In this document: positions 22,976 through 35,363 of the stretch, in pieces
Position numbering within the stretch: position 1 is the first letter of the stretch
How the letters are laid out: each line of letters starts with the position of its first letter
NCBI RefSeq assembly: GCF_001447785.1
Contig: NW_015174861.1
Coordinates: 548,136 to 612,135, forward strand
DNA from: Gekko japonicus
Lineage: Eukaryota
Length of the DNA: 64,000 nucleotides
Direction: 5' to 3'
Made by a program: the position numbers and the translations under genes
Notes under the pieces: generated by a model
Databases searched by the model: none
Seen by the model: only the letters and a program-made list of their open reading frames with translations
What the model was told of the DNA's origin: nothing

Positions 22976-23060
22976 GACAGTTATTAAGAAGACCTCGGCT
23001 CTAGAATATAAAATACAGCGGAGAGCGCTTCATAAGGAGGATTTTATCAGTTATATTCAG
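22976..23060 (+). CDS. UTP6: UTP6 exon 2
   Basis: tgtag|...TVIKKTSALEYKIQRRALHKEDFISYIQ|gtaact. Confidence 0.97.
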
Positions 23061-23919
23061 GTAACTTTTCTATGTAGAGTTCTCTCTTGATATTTATCTC
23101 GGTTATCTCTTTACATCAATTGTTTTTGTCTTTTTTCCCTGTCCTTCATTACACAACTCAAAGAAGACTGATTAGCGGCTACTGTACAGTTTGGCATACG
23201 AAGAATTCCAGATTCTGATTCTGGTCATGTTGTATCCTGTCTTAAGGATGTTTGAGCAAATTGTTTTGGTCCCAGTTCTGTGGATACTCAAGGCTTAAAT
23301 ATGTTGTGCCAGAATTTTCATCCACTTGTGGTATAACTATAGGGGTGCAGAGTGTCGTGTGCATTGAGACAGAATCCTCAGTACTGGGCAACCTTATTAG
23401 TTTAGCCCCTGTAGAATTCCAGTTAATTCTGCTATGGTGAGATGAGAGTGTCTGAGTTAGGCTAGGCTGGTAAGAAAAGGAATCTTTTAAGTGAATTACT
23501 CCCAAGAGGCTCAAGACAACCTGTTCTGCCACAGGCTCCAGGAGTACCCCTCATATAAAAGGAAGGAAGAAAAACTAGCTGGTCCTGGCAACGTGTTGGC
23601 AGAATGGGCCATCAGCGTTCTGCCACTACACTTCTGTCTTTAGGAAGAATATGGCTTAGTTAACTCTGCGTTTTCAAACTTCAATAGATATAGTAATAAA
23701 TCATATATGCAGTATGGGTGTGTATAACTGATAGCTAAAATTGTTACTGGGATTAATTAATGTGTTGGCTTTTCCCCAGCCCTTATGTCCCAGACGACCT
23801 CCCTTAATTGTCATTATCTTTGTGTATTTGTCTAAATGATAGATGTGTGGGCTTGGCATACTAGCTGCCCAGTCTTGGATAATCCTGCTGTTCTTACTCT
23901 AAATATTTTTCCTTCCTAG

Positions 23920-23961
23920 TATGAAATCAATCTGTTGGAATTGATTAAGAAAAGAAGAGCT
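23920..23961 (+). CDS. UTP6: UTP6 exon 3
   Basis: cctag|YEINLLELIKKRRA|gtaagt. Confidence 0.97.
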
Positions 23962-24053
23962 GTAAGTAGACAAGTAACTGAAAATTTGAAGAAGTGGTTG
24001 GATTATTTTAAAAGACTGCAATGCTGGTAATTGTGTCTTTCCCCTCCCCTTAG

Positions 24054-24146
24054 CGCATTGGCTACTCGTTTAAGAAAGAGGAGATTGAGTACTCTATTGT
24101 GCAGCGGATACATGGCGTCTTCAAACGTGCCACAACAAAATGGAAG
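24054..24146 (+). CDS. UTP6: UTP6 exon 4
   Basis: cttag|RIGYSFKKEEIEYSIVQRIHGVFKRATTKWK|gtaatt. Confidence 0.97.
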
Positions 24147-26092
24147 GTAATTTTTAAAAATCCCATAGAAATGGATGGTTTTGTATAATGTCTTGTGTAA
24201 CGTGACATCAGGAAAACAGTTTAACTAACCTGGTTTGTGCCATCCAAACTGGTATGCCACTTATTGAAAATATTAAATATGAGGGAATTTCATTGCTAGA
24301 AAAAGAATAACCACAGTCAGATGGCATGGAGCTGCTTTTGGTGAGCTCAGTATTGAGGTCTGTATGGTGAAGATGGGGGCTGGCTGGCTGGAGGACCAGA
24401 TCCCCTGCAGCCATGCTGCTCAGGGCCAAACACCTGTCCCAGTCACTGTGTCACTGCTGCCTCTTGCCCTTGGGCTGAAGAATCCTGACAGTGCTCAGTA
24501 AGAGGGATGGGCCCAGAATTTCAGCAAAAGGTAGAAACCTCTGAGGTGTCTTCTGATTTCATTCTGAGGGAAGTGTTTGTGCTTCAAAGCACCATGTGTA
24601 TTGTAGCTTCTAATTGCTACCCTATGTGAAAAGGTTGCTGCAACAGCAGTCAGGTCAGCAGGACTTTGCTTCCTTGTAAAGCCTCCTGGTGGCTGTCAGA
24701 AAAGGAAGGATCCGAGAAGAGAGATCGAGAGCTTCCATTCAACAGCTTAGTCTGAGTGAGGGAGCCCTGCTTCTTATCTGTTGAGACCCAAGTATGTGGG
24801 GGGATTAGGAAGACCAGCAGTAGTGACAGCGATTGGTTTAGCAGGAGGCGTGGGGAGAAGATTAGAGGTAAAAGCTTCCAGTGTGGGATGAGAATCCACA
24901 TGCCACCCCCTTTCAGCCATCCTTTCTTTCATTTCCAACACACTGATCGTTGAAGAACGCCCTCTTTCCAACATGCTCAAGGGTCCTCCCCTTTCTAAAA
25001 AGTATACCCGTGCAATTCCCTCATCCAGGTTGCTTCATTGTTATTTTGAATTGTATATTGTTCTGGATTTGAATGGTAAGATGCTTTGGGAGCCAGCGTG
25101 ACTGCAAAGAAAGGGTATAAAAATGATCAGCCGTTCCGGATTCCGAACAACAAACTTGTCAGGTTGAAAGCAACACCTTGTGTGGGGCTTTGCAGCCCTC
25201 GCTGTGGTGCTTCTCACCAACAGGTACTCCATGTAAAAAGAGTGGATGCCCAGCAAGCCGCTGCAGTGTGCCACATCCTCTTGTAGCACAGCTGAGAGAG
25301 GGGCCTTGGAGGCTCGGTGGCTTCTGTGTGAACATTGTCTAAATATTTTCCTTGAACGATGGGAGGGGTTTAATGCCAAAATATTGTGCTCTGGTTTCAT
25401 TTTTAAAAATTCACGAGCTGAATACTGTAGATGCTATTGGGTGTTCTGAAATGCTCACAAATGAATGCACAGCGACTGCATGGCCCAGTGCATAATTTTC
25501 TGGGTTTGGATTTGTGGATTCAGTTCTCAGCTCATCTTGGCCTCGTGTTGAGTTGTCACCTTTCTCATTTGGGGAATAAACATGGTCTATCTGTAGGGTC
25601 AGCTTGAAAACGAGACACAATAAATATTTGTAGTTGTTGTAATGCCATACAAAATGATGACAGAAAAGTAGTGCAGATTGAGAAATCAACAGTGGTTCTG
25701 GAGGAGTGTATTGGCAAGAGGTGGGGTTGTCTTGACCTGCTTACTGGCTCTGAGCCTACCACCTGGTGGCCTTGCTACTCCAGTGGATCCTTCCACTGCT
25801 TAATCTCCTCAGTCCTTGCACAGCCCCGTTGCTAAAACTGACAAGCTATGCTGATTTGAGTATTTTTCCATACGTGTATTGGGTTGTTCTTGGTGACGGC
25901 GTTTACCTAGCCTTGGGTATACATTTCATTGAACCATTAGAGGGAAGGATGGGGATAAAGTGAATGAGGCCTTGTAAAGAGGCATCCGTAGTGGCTGCCC
26001 CAAAACATAGGCACCTCTTCCCCATGGAAACACCAGTGAGCATGTTCTGTGAGGCCCTTCTTTGGGTGTTGGCTTCACAAGGCAAAGGTTTG

Positions 26093-26328
26093 TTTATTTG
26101 TTTAGATATTTATATCCCACTTTTCCTCCAGTGGAAACCCAAAGCAGCTTACAACATCATTCTCCCTTCCTCTGTTTTATCTTCATAACAATAACCCTGT
26201 GAGATAGGTCAGGCTGAGAAAGAGCGACTGGTCCGAGGTCACCCAGCAAGGTTTCATGGCTGCGGGGTGGCTTGAACATGGGTCTTCTTCCAGATCCTAG
26301 TCCAGCACTAATCACTATTAATACTGGG
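26093..26328 (-). mobile_element. tRNA-derived SINE (older Squam3/MIR-like)
   Basis: tttatatcccac...aacaataaccctgtgagataggtcaggctgaga...ggtcacccagcaag. Confidence 0.7.
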
Positions 26329-26554
26329 TCTTCTGATGTGCTTGGTTTAAATTTTAATTTAATTTCAGATCAAATGAAATTGATTTTAATTTAATTTTAG
26401 ATCAAATGAAATTAAAACATTTTTTGGCTATGTTAGAATAGGCTGTAAAGTCCAGCGAGTAACTCAAGCAGAGAGAACAGAAGAAAAGAGTTGTAATGCA
26501 GGGAATCTGTTGCATACTTTATGGTTGCAGAACATGAGTATATGTTTTCCAACG

Positions 26555-26770
26555 GCATACAATGGATGTGAGGAAACGCTTCTTCTTTTGTTTCTGGAGG
26601 AGAGGGCTAGAATCGACGGTCACCTAAGGGCAATAAAGCGATGCTCCTTCATGTTCTGGCTAGCATACAGTGGATGTGAGGAAACGCTTGCTCTTTTGTT
26701 TCTGGAGGAGAGGGCTAGACTCGACGGTCACCTAAGGGCAAATAAAGCGATGCTCCTTCATGTTCTGGCT
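26555..26770 (+). repeat. Tandem duplication, 2 x 108 bp
   Basis: gcatacartggatgtgaggaaacgc...gcgatgctccttcatgttctggct repeated at 26555 and 26663 with few differences. Confidence 0.95.
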
Positions 26771-26934
26771 CCCTCTGCAGATCGTGGGATTTTTGGTTGT
26801 GTTCCTATGTTGCTCCCAATTCTTTTGCTGCCAGTTGTTACAGGAAGGTTTATTGTGTGTTGGGTGAATGGTATATAGAAAATAGCACTTGTGTGCTCAG
26901 CTGTTTCTTTTTTCCCTTTGCTTCATCCCAATAG

Positions 26935-26982
26935 GATGACATTCAACTGTGGCTGTCTCATGTTGCATTTTGCAAGAAATGG
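26935..26982 (+). CDS. UTP6: UTP6 exon 5
   Basis: aatag|DDIQLWLSHVAFCKKW|gtgagt. Confidence 0.97.
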
Positions 26983-27276
26983 GTGAGTATTTGGGCATGA
27001 CGTCTCCCATTCAGGCTGCATGAATTGATATAACACACAACAAGGGACATCAGCACAGAACAGGAGAGAAAACTAGAACTGTTGCTGCTGTGGGATATTT
27101 TATTCCCAGTGGAGTATCCCAAATGCTTTTTCCAGAAAATCAGCTGTCTGTTAGAGGAATGTAAAATATTGTATTAGTGTGCTTGTACTGAGAACTGAGG
27201 GGCTGCGGTGGCTCAACTGGTTAAGACAGAGGAATGTAAAATATCATTGTATTAGTGTGCTTGTACCGAGAACTGA

Positions 27277-27630
27277 GGAGCTGTGGTGGCTCAAGTGGTT
27301 AAGACGCTGAACTGCAGGCTGTGGAAGGTCGGTAGTTCAGCAGTTCGAGACCCGGGTGCCGCATGACGGAGTGAGCTCCCGTCTCTAGTTCCAGCTCCTG
27401 CCAACCTAGCAGTTCGAAAGCAAGAAATTGCAAGTAGATAAATAGGTACCACTTCGGTGGGAAGGTAACAGCGTTCCGTGCGCCTTGGGGTTTAGTCATG
27501 CCGGCCACATGACCACGGAAACGTCTTCGGACAGCGCTGGCTCTTCGGCTTTGTAACGGAGATGAGCACCGCAACCCTAGAGTCGGATTCGACTGGCTTT
27601 TGAGCAAGGGAACCTTTACCTTTACCTTTT
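27277..27630 (+). mobile_element. Full-length Sauria SINE
   Basis: tRNA-like head, (ACCTTT)n tail, 13-bp TSD TACCGAGAACTGA at 27264-27276 and 27631-27643. Confidence 0.95.
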
Positions 27631-27808
27631 TACCGAGAACTGATATCGCCTGTCACTTGCTTTGACCACTGACTAGCACTGATAAGCCATTGAGCTTCTT
27701 TCAAGGAAGTACTGGGTGCAGTCTTGGCATTGGTGAAGAACTTGATCAAAGTGACTGAAATTGACTGAAGCTTTTATTTGTACTCGCTTAACACCAAGCA
27801 CACCCCGT

Positions 27809-28010
27809 CCTGGATGGCCCGGGCTAGCCTGGCCTCCTCAGATCTCAGAAGCTAAGCAGGGTCGGCCCATGGATGGGACATCACCAAGGGATACCAGGGT
27901 CACTATGTAGAGACAGGCAATGGGAAACCACCTGTGACTGTCTTTGGCCTCGAAAACCCTATGGGATCCCCATAAGTCAGCTACGACCTGATGGCGCTTT
28001 CTACCACCAC
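27809..28010 (+). mobile_element. 5S rRNA-derived SINE-like element
   Basis: cagatctcagaagctaagcagggtcggccc...ggatgggac...ataccaggg, followed by a BovB-like 3' end. Confidence 0.75.
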
Positions 28011-28707
28011 CAGCACCAAGCGCAGGGTTGGCCTATGGATTTTTCTCTTTCCTTCATATATGGGATGAAGCTTGGAATGCTTCAGATTCTGCGGTCTCTG
28101 CAACAGTGGCCCTTTGGAGGAATCTGTTGTGAAAAGAGGGAAAAGAGCATCAGCTGCAGGCTTACTAGTGTAACCCTTCTTGGGATGCCAAAAAAACACC
28201 ACAAACTGATCCCCCCCCCCCCCAGAACAAAGGGGGACATTTGATCCCCCCCCCCCCAAGTAGCAAGAGGGTACTTTTCCAAGATCCATCTTTACTCCCC
28301 TCCCCCAGTAAGATTGCAGGTTAGCCTCAACAGTACTCTTCAGGGTGAGGTTTCTCATTATGCAAGAAATGACTGTGTGAATTGTCCCAGATGTTTTCAG
28401 AATCTGTCAGAAGACAAGGTCACTGTGCTTTCCTGGGTGACTGCAAGCACTGTTTGCCTTACAAAGGAGGCTCATTTGCACTCTTGGTGCCATTTGGGTT
28501 TTCTTGCTTCTCTTCCAAACCGCTCTCTTGGGGATGGTGGATGCTAAAAGTTAAGTCTCTTGCATTGCAGAGGTGGATGGATCTTTTCCACTGTTAATTG
28601 TACTAAAAACCAACAATATAGCCACTCTTTGTAATGCAGGCGAGTCTATTTCAGGCTGAAAGGTTAGCAACACACCAGTGTGACTGATGCCATCTGTCTC
28701 CTTACAG

Positions 28708-28771
28708 AACAGGAAAATACAGCTGAGCAAGGTGTTTTCTTCCCTGTTGGCCCTTCATTCAAATAAACCAG
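28708..28771 (+). CDS. UTP6: UTP6 exon 6
   Basis: ttacag|NRKIQLSKVFSSLLALHSNKP|gtaccg. Confidence 0.95.
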
Positions 28772-28850
28772 GTACCGTAACTTAACAGCAGTAATTTGCA
28801 AGCAGAGAGGTATGATAAGCTAGTACTGAAATATAATTGAGGGTTGTTTC

Positions 28851-29056
28851 CAGTGTTCCCTCTAAGCTGAGTTAGTGTGAGCTAGCTCACAGTTTTTTAG
28901 CCCCCAGTTCACACATTTTTGTCTCAGCTCAGGAAGGATGGCTCCAGAGCAAACTGATTTATGCAGTAGCCAAATCGCTTGCTCACAACTTTACTGCTAG
29001 TAGCTCGCAAAATAGAATTTTTGCTCACTAGATTCCACAGCTTAGAGGGAACATTG
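28851..29056. mobile_element. hAT MITE
   Basis: TIRs CAGTGTTCCCTCTAAG / CTTAGAGGGAACATTG; reverse-complement copy at 55943-56148. Confidence 0.85.
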
Positions 29057-29089
29057 GTTGGAAAACCCCCCCAGGAAAAAAGAACAAGG

Positions 29090-29465
29090 GAGAAAAACCC
29101 TTAAAATCCAACAACTAAACAAAGTTAAAAAAGAAAAAAAAGATATATAGAGAGACAAAATTATAACAGTGGTGGCAGATCTATACATAAGTTTCTGTAA
29201 ATGGTTTCCAAATATCTAAAAATAAGTCCATATGCAATTGTTGTGTATATGCCATGTGTTCAGCTATTGAAAGAATTCTGAGGTCCTCAGTGCACTGATT
29301 TGTGATGGCATTCACCAATACTGAGTAACAGCACTTTTTCCGGAGGTGGGTTTTTTATCTTTCCTGCGTCGTAATATGACCCCTTTAGCTGTAGTAAGGG
29401 CCTGAAAGGTCCATTTTTGTTGACCATCATTTAGCCTCCAAGAGATGGGCAGCTGGTTTAAATAG
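29090..29465 (-). mobile_element. L1-clade LINE ORF2 C-terminal and 3' remnant
   Basis: The minus strand reads YLNQLPISWRLNDGQQKWTFQALTTAKGVILRRRKDKKPTS, resembling the L1 ORF2 C-terminal motif (compare TTARILSAKYWK near 49800). Confidence 0.55.
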
Positions 29466-30748
29466 TTTAAAAAAAAACATAAGCATCCTCATAAATCCAT
29501 GCACAGTCTAATACAAAGCAACTTCTTTCCAGAAAAAACTGAATGACTGAACACACCCAAAGCATGTGTTTAAGGAACACTTCCTGTGAGTTACAGTGCC
29601 AACAATTAGACACCTTACTCAGTCCTTTGCTAAAGAGTCTCTGTGGTGTCCAGGATACCCTAAACATAATTTTTTGCTCAATGAGTTGCAGCTTTAAGAT
29701 ACATGGAGAGAGCTGGTATAAACTTGGCCATATCCAGTTGCTTTGGCAAAACAGGGAGATCTAGTTTTTTGTTCCATTCATTGCTGAGACTCTGCATATT
29801 TCAGGCTTGTTTCACATTAAACAACAAACAGAAGTTCCCTGGTTAACACTGTGGGTTACCACCACATTTTTTCTTTGGGTGCTTTCCTGTGGAAAGTAGC
29901 ATTGAGTTGAAAATGGGGGGTGACTATCTTTCCCTCCTGAGGATGTTTCTACCAGGTGTTGGAAAAGACCATTCTGTGCCTGGGATCTTGGAGATCCCAA
30001 AAGGACTATAGAGACCCTCTCCCCTTGCAGATTCATGATTTGCGATTTCACTTATTCTGGATCAAATCTCATTATACAGTCTCCAGCAAGTTTTTATTCC
30101 TACTATGCCATCATTGTAATAATTATGCAGTTAAATTTTGCTGGGAATCTCATGGTTTTGGTGCTGGGTTTTGGAGGCAGAAGATCCCGGTCTCCCAGTA
30201 TCTGTGGATTTAGCTGTTTGCTGTTATCACTTGTGAACGGCAAGAGTCCACCATATTACTGAGCTACATGGATCTGATGTGGTCTGAAACTGCTTCAGGC
30301 ATTCCGTGTGTTAAGCCTTTTCCCACCCAGGTCTTCTGGATTAGATGGGTTTTTGTTGTTTGTGAACAAGTACAATCCAGATTTTGCCTCCACCACATTT
30401 ATTATGATGTATGTAGTGTGTCTTCAAAACTGCCCTGAGACCGGTGTGTGTGTGTATACACACACATTTTCAAAGTTTATATGAATAGCAGTTACTTGTG
30501 TGAAAATATGTGGTAGTCATTCAGTCAAAGATAGTGACTGCATGTTTTCAGATACACAAATGCTTAATCCAGGGATTTGTTACTGCCATATGCAGTGAAC
30601 TGATAGCATCAACATTAACACAAGTACTGGGGGCAAAAATCGAGTAAGCGGGAATACAGCGTAGATTCTTTTGTTTGGAATAATGTCTTATTGCCTGTTA
30701 GTTTTGCAGCAGCTGTATGCAGTAACAGCCAGCACCTTTCTGTTACAG

Positions 30749-30867
30749 CTCTGTGGATTATGGCTGCAAAATGGGAAATGGAGAACCGCCTGTCATCTGA
30801 AAATGCCCGGCAGTTGTTTTTGCGTGCATTGCGCTTCCACCCAGAGTGTCCCAAACTTTATCAAGAG
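30749..30867 (+). CDS. UTP6: UTP6 exon 7
   Basis: ttacag|(A)LWIMAAKWEMENRLSSENARQLFLRALRFHPECPKLYQE|gtagca; HAT repeat. Confidence 0.97.
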
Positions 30868-31054
30868 GTAGCATATGGTTTTGCTCTATATATAAATATC
30901 TATTTCTTATGTACAGATATATTCACACTTCTTAGCTCATAGAGTTATATGTTAATAGAACGTGTCATTAGGTTGTCACTTTCTACCCGGTAAATGTGTT
31001 CAGTGTGGTGGTTGGAGCCTTAGTTTTTATTGTTACTCCTTCTGTTTTCTGTAG

Positions 31055-31132
31055 TATTTTAGAATGGAGCTGATGCATGCTGAAAAGCAGAGGAAAGAAA
31101 AGAAAGTGTTTGAGCAAGCAAAAATGGACTTG
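31055..31132 (+). CDS. UTP6: UTP6 exon 8
   Basis: ctgtag|YFRMELMHAEKQRKEKKVFEQAKMDL|gtaaga. Confidence 0.97.
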
Positions 31133-31231
31133 GTAAGAAAACATGGGTGGGTGGGTCTGCCGTTGAAAATGCATGTATGTGGGTGAATCAGTTCCACTGA
31201 GGTGGTCAAGATGTGGCATTTGATGTGGTGA

Positions 31232-31496
31232 TTTGGTGTAGTGGTTAAGTGCACGAACTCTAATCTGGGAGAACCAGGTTTGATTCCCCACTCCTCCACT
31301 TGCACCTGGCTAGATGGCCTTGATAAGAGCTGTTCTTGAAAAAGAGCAGTTTCTGTCAGGAGCTCTCTCAGCCCCACCTACCTCACAGGGTGTCTGTTGT
31401 GGGGAGGGGAAGGGAAAGGAGTTTGTAAGCCGCTCTGAGACACCTTTGGGTAGTGAAGGGCGGGGTATAAATCCAATCTCTTCTTCTTCTTCTTCT
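31232..31496 (+). mobile_element. Squam3-like SINE
   Basis: tggtgtagtggttaag...ggtttgattcccc head, (CTT)n tail. Confidence 0.9.
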
Positions 31497-31599
31497 GTAT
31501 TAAGAGACAAGAATTACTGCCCCGTCTGTACTGGTTCTCCCATAGACTGTTCCCACACGTTAAAGCTAAAAAAAAGGCATCATGCGAAACCCTGCTGAT

Positions 31600-31822
31600 T
31601 CTTTGGTGGTGAAAAGTGCTGTTAAGTCACAGCTGATGTATGGTTGACCCTGAAGATTTTATAAGGCAAAAGACGTTCAGAGGTGGTTTGCCATTTCCTG
31701 CCGCCACATCAAACCCCCCCCCCAAGAACTTCTTGGTGGTCTCCCATCCAAATACTAGCCAGGGCCGACCCTTCTGAAATCCGATGAGATCAGGCTAGCC
31801 TGGGCTATATCCAGGTCAGGGT
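31600..31822 (-). mobile_element. 5S rRNA-derived SINE-like element
   Basis: ggtctcccatccaaatactagccagggccgaccc...ccgatgagatcaggctagcctgggctat. Confidence 0.75.
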
Positions 31823-32812
31823 TACTGATTTTTGTCCTTAAGATGTAGGCAGGGTTGAAGGGTGGTCTTCCCAGGGAAAACCTTGCATGTTAGGAGGAGG
31901 AGTGATGCTGGCACCGTGGTCTCCCATGCAGCAGATCTTCTGGGTTTTGCATCAGGAGCCTGGAAAGCTTGAGGTGCACTGTCTGTTCATGAAGGCAAGA
32001 TAACTGGCTCATAGAGCATTGATTTTAATTCATTCTTTCAGAGATCACTGGGAAATTGGTGTTCAAAAGTCTACGTCTCTGTATTTTATTCTATGGGATT
32101 TAGAGTTCCCTGTGCTCTGAGCCCTTGTGGGCATCTGATGCTAAATTCCGCCCTGGCTGCCAAAGGCCGGTTTGAATGAAGATGTTTTATGCTACTTCTG
32201 GAACATGCATTTCAGCTGATGGAGTACTGTAATAATAAAATTGGTTGTTTTAGGAACATGCGTTGACTCAAGTTTTAGTGAATATCTAGTTTGCTTTGTC
32301 CTGGCACTTTCATTCTCCTCCTTCTTCCCCCCCCCCCCCCAGTTAATTTTCCACTTGAAAATAAATATTTCCAAGAAACACACTAAGCTACCTACCTTAT
32401 ATTGAATCAGACTATTGGTCCATCAGGATCAATATTTCCTACTCTGACTGGCAGCACTTCTCTAGGATCTAAAGCTAACCAGTGATGTGTGCTTTCTTCT
32501 TCGACTGCTGCCTTTGCATTATAGTCTGATTCTTCCCCGATAAGTAATGGTGCCTGTGCTTTGTTGTGCTTTATGCAAGAAGGGGCTGCACCATCTTCTT
32601 CATTGTTGCGTCAGTAATGCTACTGTATATGGAGCATTCTTCTGAACTCACCTGCATGTGGAACCCTGTACGTGCACTGGAGCTCTATCGAGCTTTGGAT
32701 TGCATCAGTACTACGGAGGAAAAAAGGCTCAGTTGCATTCTATACATGTTTCTGTCTTCTCTGCATACGAGAGAGATTGTTAACTGTAAAATCACATTGT
32801 CTAAAATTTCAG

Positions 32813-32894
32813 GGTGAGTTCAGTTATTCTGATGACATACTTAATGGCGAACTGGCTCGAATAGTCTGGAGAGAGGCCATCCAGAAAATCAAAG
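32813..32894 (+). CDS. UTP6: UTP6 exon 9
   Basis: tttcag|GEFSYSDDILNGELARIVWREAIQKIK|gtaacc. Confidence 0.95.
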
Positions 32895-33290
32895 GTAACC
32901 AAATCCTTCCTTTTCTCCTCCTACCTCCGACTTCAGTTTTTTTAAAGAAGTAGCAGCCTTGCAGCATGTTTACTACCATGTATTCAGCCACCTTGGGGAG
33001 CCTTGAAGATGGCTGTCATTCGCTTCAGTTTGCATATTGTTAGTGTGCTAGGTTGGACGGCCCAAATGTCCGATCTGTTTTGAGCTGCGTGTGCTGAAAA
33101 ATGGGGTCTTGCAAAGGCAAGCAAATAATGCAGTGTATTGTTGGCGTAAACTGATGTTCCATGCTAGCTCTGCTTCGTTCACAAGCTGCTCGGACGACCC
33201 TTTTCCTCTCATTTAATAGTTGACAAGAATTAGGGTGCCCACACAGCTCAGAACACCCATTTTTAGCCCCTCTCTCTCTCTCCATTCTAG

Positions 33291-33372
33291 GTGCGGAGTT
33301 TCAGTTGACGCTGCTCTCTATTGCAAAACTGTTTGATTTTACACAGGACTTCCAAAAAGAAATTTTGGACAA
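33291..33372 (+). CDS. UTP6: UTP6 exon 10
   Basis: ttctag|(G)AEFQLTLLSIAKLFDFTQDFQKEILD|gtaagt. Confidence 0.96.
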
Positions 33373-34038
33373 GTAAGTAGGCAGCAGTGGGGGGAGTGGT
33401 GCAGACAGTGAAGTTTCCATGGTTTGTTCTTCGTAAGGATTCATTGCAGGCATGAATTCGGCTTTTAGGTCTAGAGTTGTACTTTGAATACAGCTGAAAA
33501 AGTTGAATTGGATTCTGTAAATCTGCCCCATTGACTGTGGTCATGCATTCCCCCCCCCCCAAGTAACCTGCTTCTCCCCAAAAGCTTTGTGTAGGTGTGT
33601 GACTGGCTGGTCTAGTGCACTTCGTAGCCTTCTCCATCAAGTGGATTTGAAAACTTGGGAAATTATGAGAATAGATAGCTATCTTCTCTCCCCGCCCCCT
33701 GTTTGCAGTGAGATCCAGTGGCCTAAAGACAATTGTTGCATAGAGTAAACACCACAGTTCTTTAAGCCTCCTCTGTAGCACTGTGAACCTGTAGAATATG
33801 AACCTTCTGTTACCTTTCCTACAAAAGGATAATCTAGCAGACTGCTGCATCTTTGACAGTTCCATCAGCTTCCCCCCCCCCCTCCAGGCAGCATCAGCAG
33901 TATGTCAGAAGGAGCAAAAAAGCATCTTTGCTTACAATTGCTTTGTTGTTTGAACAAAATAACTCTTCACTCCAGAGCCTCATAGCGAGAGAGTGAAGAC
34001 ACAGATAAAGGCATGACGTCACCTTTTTGGTTTTTAAG

Positions 34039-34220
34039 ATTGCAGGCAGAGCACGCTAACGATCCTTTTGTGTGGGATTACATGGCACGGCGGGAGCTGG
34101 AGATGGACTCCCTGCCGTCAAAAGAACACCCGTCTAAACAGTTAAAGGCACTTGAGGTGGCCCACAAAGAAGAACGGTGCTGTAGAGTGTTTGAGGAGGC
34201 CGTGACGTCCCTTCCCACAG
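34039..34220 (+). CDS. UTP6: UTP6 exon 11
   Basis: tttaag|LQAEHANDPFVWDYMARRELEM...EERCCRVFEEAVTSLPT|gtgaga. Confidence 0.96.
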
Positions 34221-34804
34221 GTGAGAAATTGTAGAGAGATGTATTAAGCGTTGATTCATGCTGTTCTTTTAGAATGGAGGTTTTGGAGGTGCGTGCAGTC
34301 ATCAACTTGCTGGAGCTCTTTACGAAGCAGTGGGCTTGATTAAAGGGCAGCATTTTCTACTGGCATTGGTTTTGACTCTCTCTCCCCCTCATCTTCTTGC
34401 GTCTTTCATTAACGTCTCTATGGTAATAGGTAGCAGTTCTCTCTCTAGCAAAAACAATACTGGGAACGATGCTGTTAATTTCAGCCAGTAGTCTCAAAGG
34501 GGAACTGGAGGCTTGTTCTGTACCAAGGTCTAGTTCTTGCAAACAGCAGGTGAGGTGGCAAGCCTGTTTTTCGAGAGGATCGCTTGAGACTGCAGGGGAG
34601 GGCTCACATAATTTAATGTTCCTCCATAAAAATAAAAAGCAATTCCCTGTATATGGAAAGCTAGGATTCAAAGGGAATGATTTTAGCATAGCCATCATCC
34701 AAGCACATATGTGTAATTTTTTGGTCTGTGTGTGTGTGAGAGAGTGAGAGAGAGAGGAAGCATTCGATCAACCTTTTGGTGCAAAGTGGTACAGTCCCCC
34801 TTTC

Positions 34805-35363
34805 ATAACTCCATGGCTGATTACTGTAATGGGGATCTATGTGGGGCTACCCTTGAAGGCAGCCCAGAAACTGCAGCTAGTTCAGAATAAAGCAGTCTGA
34901 TTGTTGTTGCGAGCCAGCTGACAGGAAGGGATCTCACCTATTATAAACCAGTAACTTGGATACCAGTTTGTTTCTGAGTTCAAATCCAGGTGCTGCTTAT
35001 GACTCTTAAAGCCCTTCGTGACATACCCCGTCTGAAAAACTGGCTTTCCCAGTATGTCCCCATCTGCTAACTCCTGTTCTTTAGACTGCCACCCTTTGGT
35101 GGTGCCCCCTCTGCCTGGCATGGTCTCGAGCCCATTCCTTTTTGAGCAGGAGCTTTCACCTTGTTGAATGGGCTCCCTGAGGAAGCAAGGGGGCACACCA
35201 TCACTATAAGTTTTTAGGAGGTCTTTCAAGGCCACCTTATTTGCTTGAGATGCAAGCTGCATGCATTGCGGGGTGAACTGGGGTTTAATTGCCCTTTGTA
35301 AATTTGGAATTTTAAGCTACCTTGAGCTATGGGGACAGGGTAGGGTATAAATATTTTAATAAT
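34805..35363 (+). mobile_element. L2 LINE 3' fragment
   Basis: Degenerate DYCN-YVGLPLK--QKLQLVQN coding motif of the L2 RT C-terminus. Confidence 0.75.

Noticed and set aside
26564-26573. GGATGTGAGG matches the 7SK RNA 5' end; the duplicated unit was also considered as a snoRNA
   Set aside because: The match stops after 10 nt, and there are no properly placed C/D or H/ACA boxes.
33287-33865. 192-aa minus-strand ORF, and the 182-aa plus ORF at 43975-44523
   Set aside because: The first is antisense to UTP6 exon 10 and intron with no recognisable homology; the second is exon 17 read through into intron.
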